Of a DNA stretch of 64,000 nt, positions 8,750-15,921 are shown in pieces. The notes under the pieces were generated by a model. It ran no database searches. It was not told the DNA's origin and saw only the letters and a list, made by a program, of their open reading frames with translations. The stretch comes from Clostridia bacterium. Lineage in GTDB: Bacteria; Bacillota; Clostridia; Oscillospirales; QAMX01. Numbering within the stretch: the stretch's first letter is position 1; every line of letters starts with the position of its first letter. Location: assembly GCA_017532825.1 (NCBI GenBank), contig JAFXIT010000056.1:6024-70023 (forward strand), in the 5' to 3' direction. The position numbers and the translations under genes were made by a program.

Positions 8750-9834
8750 AAAACACGATCGGAAACAGCGTAGCGGTCACCCTCTTTGGTGAAAGCCACG
8801 GGGAGTATATCGGTGCAGTGCTTGACGGGCTTGCACCGGGAATCGAAATAAACCCCGAATATATTGCCCATATGCTCACACTCCGCCGTCCCGACGGGAG
8901 GATCTCCACCCCGAGAAAGGAAGCCGACGATTTTAAGATAGTCAGCGGTGTGGTCGAAAACAGGACCACGGGTACACCGATCGCCATTATTATCCCCAAC
9001 GAGAACGTTAAGAGCGGTGATTACTCCCAGATGAGGACGGTCGCCCGTCCCTCCCATGCTGACTATACCGCCCAGTGCAAATATCACGGCTATCAGGACT
9101 CCCGCGGTGGGGGACACTTCAGCGGTAGGATAACGGCGGCACTCGTTGCCGCAGGTGCGATATGCAAATATGCCTTGGAGCAAAAGGGCATATATATAGG
9201 CACCCACATCAAACGCTGCGGCGGCATTGCCGACAGCGATTTCGGAGACCTTCTTTCCGACATCACAAGCCTAAACGGCAAGACATTTGCGGTGCTTGAG
9301 GATGAAAAGGGCGAGCAGATGAGGCAGGCCGTTCTGGATGCGGCGGCAGAGGGAGACAGTGTCGGCGGTGTGCTCGAAACTGCGATAGTCGGTATGCCCG
9401 CAGGCGTAGGTGAGCCCTGGTTTGACACCCTTGAGAGCATGCTCTCGCATGTGATGTTTTCAATACCCGCTGTCAAGGGCATCGAATTCGGAGCGGGGTT
9501 TGCCATCTCCGATATGCGGGGAAGCGGTGCAAACGATCCCTTCAGAATGGAAAACGGCAGGGTGGTATCGGCTACAAACAACAACGGCGGCATTAACGGC
9601 GGCATTACCAACGGTATGCCCATCATCTTCCGTACCGCCATCAAGCCCACGCCCACCATCTTTAAGCCGCAGGATACGGTCGATTTTGCGACTATGACCG
9701 AGACGGTGCTCCAACCCAAGGGCAGGCACGACCCTGCCATCGTCCACAGAGCGAGGGTAGTACAGGACGCCGCATCGGCCTTGGTAATGTGTGATGCGCT
9801 GGCCATGCGTTTTGGGACGGATTTTCTGAAATAA
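8746..9834 (+). CDS. aroC: chorismate synthase
   Basis: GESHG…RPSHADYT…GGGHFSGR motifs. It overlaps the aroB stop (ATGA coupling). Confidence 0.85.
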   Translation: MKNTIGNSVAVTLFGESHGEYIGAVLDGLAPGIEINPEYIAHMLTLRRPDGRISTPRKEADDFKIVSGVVENRTTGTPIAIIIPNENVKSGDYSQMRTVARPSHADYTAQCKYHGYQDSRGGGHFSGRITAALVAAGAICKYALEQKGIYIGTHIKRCGGIADSDFGDLLSDITSLNGKTFAVLEDEKGEQMRQAVLDAAAEGDSVGGVLETAIVGMPAGVGEPWFDTLESMLSHVMFSIPAVKGIEFGAGFAISDMRGSGANDPFRMENGRVVSATNNNGGINGGITNGMPIIFRTAIKPTPTIFKPQDTVDFATMTETVLQPKGRHDPAIVHRARVVQDAASALVMCDALAMRFGTDFLK

Positions 9835-9856
9835 ATTGCGTAAACAGGTAAAAAAG

Positions 9857-11104
9857 ATGAAAAAGTACGGATGCATCGGCAAAAAGCTGACCCACAGCTT
9901 CTCAAAGGAGATCCATGCAAGGCTTGTCGACTACGAATATGAGCTGATCGAGCTTGACGAGGACGAGATAGCGGACTTCTTTGAAAAACGGGATTTCGAG
10001 GCCATAAACGTGACCATTCCCTATAAGCAGACCGTTATGGCCTATCTCGACGGTATAAGCGATATCGCAGGGCGCATAGGCGCAGTCAACACCATCGTCA
10101 ATAAAGAGGGCAGACTTTACGGATACAATACCGACTACTACGGTATGAAGGCGCTTATCGCCCGTGTGGGTCTGGAGCTTGAGGGCAAAAAGGTACTGGT
10201 GCTTGGCACCGGCGGAACAAGCAAGACCGCGCGTGTCGTTGCCGCCGACATGGGTGCCTCCGAGATACTTACGGTAAGCAGAAGAAAGACCGACGAATAT
10301 ATCACCTATGAGGAGGCGGTCGGGCTTCACTCGGATGCCGAGGTCATCATCAATACCACCCCCTCGGGGATGTATCCCGACTGCGGCTCACGGCCGATAG
10401 ACATATCCGCCTTTGACCGTCTTGAAGGCGTGATAGATGCAGTGTATAACCCCCTTCGCACCAACCTCGTGATGGATGCGAGGGAAAGAGGGATCAAGGC
10501 CGAGGGCGGACTGTATATGCTCGTTATGCAGGCAGTGGTAGCCGTGGAAAAATTCCTCGGCATCGAGATAGAAAAAAAGGTCGCCGACGGCGTTTTTGCG
10601 TCCGTTCTTGCATCAAAGGAGAATATAGTCCTGACGGGTATGCCGGGAAGCGGAAAAAGTACCGTCGGAAGGCTGCTCAAGCTCGATGGCTACGGCTTTG
10701 TCGACACCGACGAGGAGATAGAAAAGCGCTGCGGCTGTACCATAAGAGAGCTCATCGAGACCAAGGGCGAAGAATACTTCCGTGAGCTTGAGTCGGAGGT
10801 GATAGAGGATCTGTCTGCACACAGCTCCTGCGTCATCTCCACGGGCGGCGGTGCGGTCTTGAGAGAGCAAAACGTAAGGAGCCTTAGGCGAAACGGCAGA
10901 ATATTTTTTATCAACGCAGAGCTTTCAAGGCTTCGTGCCACCTCCTCCCGTCCGCTGTCGGATACGGAGGACAAGCTTGCAAGACTGTATGCCCAAAGAC
11001 TTGGTATATATAAAATGACCGCCGATGCGGTCGTCCCCGATATGGAGACAGCTATGGCGGAGGCAGAGTACATTTTAGCAAAACGGACGGAGCTGATAGT
11101 GTGA
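9857..11104 (+). CDS. aroE: fused shikimate dehydrogenase / shikimate kinase
   Basis: The N-terminal ~270 aa resemble AroE. The C-terminal part carries a Walker A motif (GMPGSGKSTVGRLL) and the rest of an AroK domain. Start taken at MKKYG. Confidence 0.75.
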   Translation: MKKYGCIGKKLTHSFSKEIHARLVDYEYELIELDEDEIADFFEKRDFEAINVTIPYKQTVMAYLDGISDIAGRIGAVNTIVNKEGRLYGYNTDYYGMKALIARVGLELEGKKVLVLGTGGTSKTARVVAADMGASEILTVSRRKTDEYITYEEAVGLHSDAEVIINTTPSGMYPDCGSRPIDISAFDRLEGVIDAVYNPLRTNLVMDARERGIKAEGGLYMLVMQAVVAVEKFLGIEIEKKVADGVFASVLASKENIVLTGMPGSGKSTVGRLLKLDGYGFVDTDEEIEKRCGCTIRELIETKGEEYFRELESEVIEDLSAHSSCVISTGGGAVLREQNVRSLRRNGRIFFINAELSRLRATSSRPLSDTEDKLARLYAQRLGIYKMTADAVVPDMETAMAEAEYILAKRTELIV

Positions 11105-11529
11105 AGATCCTCGTTATCAACGGACCTAATTTAAATATGCTCGGCATACGGGAGCCCGACCATTACGGAAAGGAGACCTATGACGACCTGGTTGCAAAGA
11201 TACGAGCCTACTGTGAAAAGAAGGGCGTCGAGGTCGAGCTTTTCCAATCCAACCACGAGGGTGCGCTTGTCGATGAGATACAAGGGGCGTACGGCAGGGT
11301 AGAGGGCATCGTTATCAATCCCGGGGCATATACCCATACAAGTATTGCCATTCTGGACGCCGTCAAGGCGGTAGGCATACCCACCGTTGAGGTGCATATC
11401 TCAAAGGTGGAGGAGCGGGAGGATTTCCGTCAGATAAGCTACGTGCGGCTTGCCTGCGTCAAGACTATAACGGGACAGGGCACGAACGGTTATCTCGAGG
11501 CCATAGACTTTTTAACAGAGGGAAAATGA
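11101..11529 (+). CDS. aroQ: type II 3-dehydroquinate dehydratase
   Basis: MKILVINGPNLNMLGIREP…; 142 aa. Confidence 0.85.
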   Translation: MKILVINGPNLNMLGIREPDHYGKETYDDLVAKIRAYCEKKGVEVELFQSNHEGALVDEIQGAYGRVEGIVINPGAYTHTSIAILDAVKAVGIPTVEVHISKVEEREDFRQISYVRLACVKTITGQGTNGYLEAIDFLTEGK

Positions 11530-11530
11530 T

Positions 11531-12733
11531 ATGACAGCAACGCTCAGACCCTGCAGACTGCAGGGAAGGATCGACGCTCCGCCCTCAAAAAGTATGGCCC
11601 ACAGATACCTCATCGGTGCGGCACTATCGGGACAGAGGTGTACTCTGTCGGGGGTCGATTACAGCGAGGACATCCTTGCAAGCATAGACTGCCTTAAGGC
11701 CCTCGGGGCCGATATATCCGCAGACGGGGACAGAATCACCGTAGATCCGCAAAAATTTATGAAGGCGGACGAGCCGGTGCTTGAGTGCAGGGAAAGCGGA
11801 AGCACCCTTCGCTTCTTTATTCCCCTTGCCCTCTGCCTTGGGAAAAAGGTCACACTGCGAGGCAGTGAACGTCTGTTTGAAAGACCGCTCGGAGTATACC
11901 AGGAGCTTTGCCGTGACAAGGGCTTTACCTTTGCTCGGGACAGAGGCTCGGTGTCCCTCTGCGGAAGACTTCAAAGCGGATGCTATAGGGTCAGAGGGGA
12001 TATCAGCAGCCAGTTCATCACAGGTCTGATATTTGCCCTTGTATACCTCGGTGGAAATTCCCGCATCGAGGTCATCCCGCCCTTTGAAAGCCGCTCCTAC
12101 GTCGATCTGACTCTGTCGGCACTGCGCTGCTTTGGCGCAGAGGTTGCCTTTACGGGCGAATATGAAATTGAGATTAGATCGGCAAGGATGCATGCTTTTT
12201 CGGGCAGGATCGAGGGAGACTATTCAAACGCCGCCTTCCTTGACGCCTTCAACAGCATCGGCTCGGAGGTCTGTATCGGCAATCTGAACCCCGACAGCCT
12301 GCAGGGCGACAGGGTGTATGCCGAGTATTTCAGACAGCTCTCAAGCGGAACTCCGACCCTTGATATATCCGACTGCCCCGACCTCGGACCGATACTTTTC
12401 GCCCTTGCGGCGGTTAAAAACGGTGCGACCTTCAAGGGCACCGACCGTCTCAAGGCAAAGGAAAGCGACAGAGGAGCGGCTATGCACCGTGAGCTTTCAA
12501 GGCTGGGCGGCGGACTGATATTCGGAGACAATACCATCACCGTTCCAAAGCAGGAGCTCAAATATATGGGAGAGGCGCTGGAGGGACACAACGACCACCG
12601 TATCGTTATGGCCATGACGGTCGTGCTCTCAAAGCTCGGCGGAACTATCAGCGGTGTCGAGGCGGTCAAAAAGAGCTATCCCGGATTTTTTGAGGATATA
12701 AAACGGCTTGGAGCAGAGGTGGAATTAGCATGA
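11531..12733 (+). CDS. aroA: 3-phosphoshikimate 1-carboxyvinyltransferase (EPSP synthase)
   Basis: LQGRIDAPPSKSMAHRYLIGAALS and an EPSP-synthase fold pattern; 400 aa. Confidence 0.8.
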   Translation: MTATLRPCRLQGRIDAPPSKSMAHRYLIGAALSGQRCTLSGVDYSEDILASIDCLKALGADISADGDRITVDPQKFMKADEPVLECRESGSTLRFFIPLALCLGKKVTLRGSERLFERPLGVYQELCRDKGFTFARDRGSVSLCGRLQSGCYRVRGDISSQFITGLIFALVYLGGNSRIEVIPPFESRSYVDLTLSALRCFGAEVAFTGEYEIEIRSARMHAFSGRIEGDYSNAAFLDAFNSIGSEVCIGNLNPDSLQGDRVYAEYFRQLSSGTPTLDISDCPDLGPILFALAAVKNGATFKGTDRLKAKESDRGAAMHRELSRLGGGLIFGDNTITVPKQELKYMGEALEGHNDHRIVMAMTVVLSKLGGTISGVEAVKKSYPGFFEDIKRLGAEVELA

Positions 12734-13586
12734 TAGTAGACGTAAGCAAAAAAATACTCATCGTAGGCCTCGGTCTGTTGGGCGGAAGCTACGCCAAGGT
12801 GCTCAAGCGCTTTGGATTCCACATAAGCGCAGTTACCAAGGAGCAGAGCTCCATAGACTATGCCATCCGTGAGAATATAATAGACGAGGGCTCGACAGAG
12901 CCCGACCAAAGGCTTGTCGGTGAGGCGGATCTTGTGGTGTTTGCGCTCTATCCCCACGTCTTCGTGGAGTGGATAGAGCAGTACCAGGGACTGCTCAAGA
13001 GCGGTGCTCTCATTACCGACGTAACGGGTGTCAAGTCAGTATCGTATACCGTATCCAGGAGATGCTCCGCCCCGACGTGGAATTCATTGCGGCACACCCC
13101 ATGGCAGGCCGTGAGGTGTCGGGCGTTGAAAACAGCACCGATAAAATGTTCGTCGGCGCAAACTACATCGTAACGCCGACCGAGAAGAATACTCCCGAGG
13201 CCATACAGACCTGTGTGGAGCTTGGAAGACTGCTCGGCTTTTCCAACGTGATGACCCTATCTCCCGAGGAACACGACGAGATGATAGGCTTTCTTTCACA
13301 GCTTACCCACTGTATCGCAATTACGCTGATGACCTGCAACGACAAGGAGAACATGGAAAAGTTTACCGGTGACTCCTTTAGGGACCTTACCCGTATCGCG
13401 CGAATCAACGATGTGATGTGGAGCGAGCTGTTTGTGTCAAATAAGACGGCACTTTTGGAGCAGATGCAGCTGTTTATGGACAAGTTCGGCCAGCTCAAGA
13501 CGATGCTTGAGAACGAGGACATAGAGGGCATGAGAGAAATGATGCGCCATTCGACCCGCCGCAGGGCGCTGTTTGAAAAGAAGTAG
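12730..13586 (+). pseudogene. tyrA: prephenate dehydrogenase, disrupted by an apparent -1 frameshift near 13035-13050
   Basis: Two overlapping ORFs (12730-13173 and 12969-13586) together cover a TyrA-like protein. They are a Rossmann N-terminus (LIVGLGLLGGS…DVTGVKS) and, in the other frame, …FIAAHPMAGREVSG… and the C-terminal domain. Confidence 0.55.
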
Positions 13587-13587
13587 T

Positions 13588-14073
13588 ATGATACGCAGAG
13601 CTGAGAAAAAGGATATCCCAAGGCTCGGAGAGCTGCTTTCGCAGGTGGATCTTGTTCACCATAAGGGCAGGCCCGATATCTTTAAGATAGGCAGGAAGTA
13701 TTCCGATGAGGAGCTTTGGGAGCTGTTAGGCGACCAAACACGCCCCATCCTTGTCTACGCGGACGAAAACGACAGGGTAGAGGGGTACTGCTTTTGCATC
13801 CTCCAACAGCATATTGACAATTCGGTGCTGACCGATATAAAGACGCTCTATATTGACGATCTCTGCGTAGACGAGTGTCAGCGTGGGAAGCATATAGGCA
13901 AGAAGCTCTACCTTGCTGCGGTAGAGCTTGCAAAGGAAAGCGGATGCTACAACCTTACCCTGAACGTGTGGAGCTGTAACCCCGATGCGATGGGTTTTTA
14001 TCTGGCGCAGGGGCTTGTTGCGCAAAAGGTAGGAATGGAGCTTATACTTAACCAAGAAGAGTTACGGAGGTAA
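13588..14073 (+). CDS. GNAT family acetyltransferase
   Basis: ~161 aa GNAT pattern. ATG at 13588 immediately follows the tyrA stop. Confidence 0.55.
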   Translation: MIRRAEKKDIPRLGELLSQVDLVHHKGRPDIFKIGRKYSDEELWELLGDQTRPILVYADENDRVEGYCFCILQQHIDNSVLTDIKTLYIDDLCVDECQRGKHIGKKLYLAAVELAKESGCYNLTLNVWSCNPDAMGFYLAQGLVAQKVGMELILNQEELRR

Positions 14074-14076
14074 GAA

Positions 14077-15513
14077 ATGAAAAAGACCTACGTTACGTCA
14101 ATGCCCGATCATATAGGTGCCTTTCTGAGGGCAAGTAAATGCTTTTCGGCTCTCGGAATAAATATAACACGAGTAAGCTACAACAAGGCAGTTGACTCTA
14201 ACACCCTCTTTATTGATGCGGAGGGTACGCAAGAACAGCTGAGCAAGGCCGACGTTGAGCTTGAAAAGATCGGATACCTTCAAAACAATGCGAACAAAAC
14301 CAGTATCGTACTGATCGAGTTTTGCCTTGAGGACGTTCCGGGCAGTGTTACAAACGTCCTCAGCCTCATCAGTGATTTTAATTTTAATATTTCCTATATC
14401 AGCTCCCAGGAAAACGGTACCGACTATCAGCTCTTTAAAATGGGTCTGTACGTTGAGGACTTTGACAAGATATCCGAATTTCTCAAGGAGGCGGAAAAGC
14501 TCTGCAGGGTGCGGGTGATAGATTACAACCGTTCGGAAAAGGTGTACGACAACAGTATCTTCTACAACACCTACGTTATGGGTCTCTCCCAGACGATGGG
14601 ACTGTCGGAGGACGTCAGACGTGAGCTGTTGGTCCACGTTAACCTGGCCATGCAAACCCTTGACGAGCAGGGACTGTCGCCCTATCGTACCTTTGACAGC
14701 ATAAGTAAGTTTGCCGAGCTGCTTGGTGCATCCAAGGGAAATGCCTTCGTGCCCAGAATAAGCACCCACAAAATAACCGACAATACCGAGCTTACCCTCA
14801 TAGAGCCGCCCTGCGGCAGTAATACGATCATAATAAAAAGCAACGGCAGGGTGCTGTTTGTGGACTGCGGTTACGCCTGCTACAAGGACGAGATGCTTGA
14901 GGTCTATCAAAGGATCGTTCCCGATTTTGAAAATATCAGAAAGACCGTTTTGGTGACCCATGCCGACGTTGACCATTGCGGATTGCTTCCTTTGTTTGAC
15001 GAGGTCATAGCCAGCCGTAAAACGGCGAACTGTCTGAAAGAGGAGTATCTCGGAAACGGCGGGTACAGGGGAAAGAATCCCCTCCACAAGCCGTATGTAA
15101 ATATCTGCAAGACGCTTACCTCCTATAAAGCCGTAGACCCCAAAAAGGTCACGGTGTTGTGGGAAGACCGTGAGTGCTTGACAGAGCCTCTTACCCAGAT
15201 AGGCTTTTTTGACTTTGAGGAGCTGCATTTTGAGGTCTACGAGGGAAGGGGAGGACACCTGCCCGGAGAGATAGTGCTGATAGACTACGCAAAGCATATT
15301 GCGCTCACGGGTGATATTTACATCAACGTCCACGGCCTTACCCCGCAGCAGGCAGAGTATAATCGGTATGCGCCGATACTGATGACCTCGGTCGACACAG
15401 ACCCCGAGCTTTGCGCACAGGAAAGAAAAGCGATAATAGGTCGACTCGGCGTGGGCGACTGGCAGATATTCGGAGCACACGGGTTTAAAAAGGAGTATTC
15501 GGTAAAGATCTGA
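14077..15513 (+). CDS. tandem ACT domains fused to an MBL-fold (metallo-beta-lactamase-like) domain, function unknown
   Basis: The N-terminus has two ACT-like ligand-binding modules (…MPDHIGAFLRASKCFSALGINITRV…; …VPGSVTNVLSLISDFNFNISYI…). The C-terminus carries MBL-fold signatures (THADVDH, GGH, TGD, GAHG). It is translationally coupled to the aro operon. Confidence 0.55.
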   Translation: MKKTYVTSMPDHIGAFLRASKCFSALGINITRVSYNKAVDSNTLFIDAEGTQEQLSKADVELEKIGYLQNNANKTSIVLIEFCLEDVPGSVTNVLSLISDFNFNISYISSQENGTDYQLFKMGLYVEDFDKISEFLKEAEKLCRVRVIDYNRSEKVYDNSIFYNTYVMGLSQTMGLSEDVRRELLVHVNLAMQTLDEQGLSPYRTFDSISKFAELLGASKGNAFVPRISTHKITDNTELTLIEPPCGSNTIIIKSNGRVLFVDCGYACYKDEMLEVYQRIVPDFENIRKTVLVTHADVDHCGLLPLFDEVIASRKTANCLKEEYLGNGGYRGKNPLHKPYVNICKTLTSYKAVDPKKVTVLWEDRECLTEPLTQIGFFDFEELHFEVYEGRGGHLPGEIVLIDYAKHIALTGDIYINVHGLTPQQAEYNRYAPILMTSVDTDPELCAQERKAIIGRLGVGDWQIFGAHGFKKEYSVKI

Positions 15514-15520
15514 TCGCTCT

Positions 15521-15549
15521 CCGAAAAAGTGAAAAATTTTTTCGGAGGC
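15521..15549 (+). terminator. terminator after the aro operon
   Basis: ctccgaaaaa-gtgaaaaat-tttttcggag hairpin. Confidence 0.5.
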
Positions 15550-15553
15550 TATT

Positions 15554-15582
15554 GACAAACCGATCTGATAGTGCTATCATAT
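15554..15582 (+). promoter_or_regulatory. sigma-A promoter of the T-box leader
   Basis: TTGACA (15554-15559), 17-nt spacer, TATCAT. Confidence 0.5.
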
Positions 15583-15589
15583 GTACAAA

Positions 15590-15868
15590 TTTGAATATCA
15601 CAAAAACGACTGTGACGAAGACGGTCGGATCGCAAAGCTTTACAGAGAGTTGTCGGTCGGTGCGAGACAACAGCGGAGCCTTCCAATGGCCTATCACTTC
15701 TGAGTCGGAGGACCGAAAGGCTTTGCCAAGTAGACTCCTTCCGTAATGCTGCGTAAAGGCAAAGAGCTTGTTAGAGCTCGGAAAGTGACGGAAATTTTCC
15801 GTAATTTGAGTGGTACCGCGGGTTAATAACTCGTCTCAAAGGATCTCTTTGAGACGGGTTTTTGTTTT
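15590..15868 (+). promoter_or_regulatory. T-box riboswitch leader (tRNA-sensing antitermination)
   Basis: AGAGA bulge and distal hairpin (gttgtc/gacaac). Stem III hairpin gacggaaattttccgt. Conserved T-box sequence AATTTGAGTGGTACCGCGG (15803-15822). Terminator cgtctcaaag-gatc-tctttgagacgg plus TTTTTGTTTT. The T-box 5' half (ttgag) can pair with the terminator 5' arm (ctcaa), which is the classic antiterminator arrangement. Confidence 0.8.
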
Positions 15869-15921
15869 ATTCAAATTGGTAACCATTAATTGATCGGTCG
15901 GAAATGAAAGGAGACAGAAAA

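Noticed and set aside
14098-15558. A 486-aa antisense ORF exactly co-extensive with the ACT/MBL gene. Similar full-length antisense ORFs occur opposite ftsZ (35843-37165), ftsZ' (36960-38027), flotillin (52229-53638), the DapA-family gene (43544-44506) and LRR gene 1 (358-1134).
   Set aside because: These lie in the codon-aligned reverse frame. They stay open only because the sense genes avoid TTA, CTA and TCA codons under GC3-biased codon usage. The sense strands carry the recognisable domains and RBSs.
15552-15746. Small ORFs inside the T-box leader (15552-15746 and 15485-15697).
   Set aside because: They overlap conserved riboswitch structure and have no RBS. The region is explained as a structured RNA.
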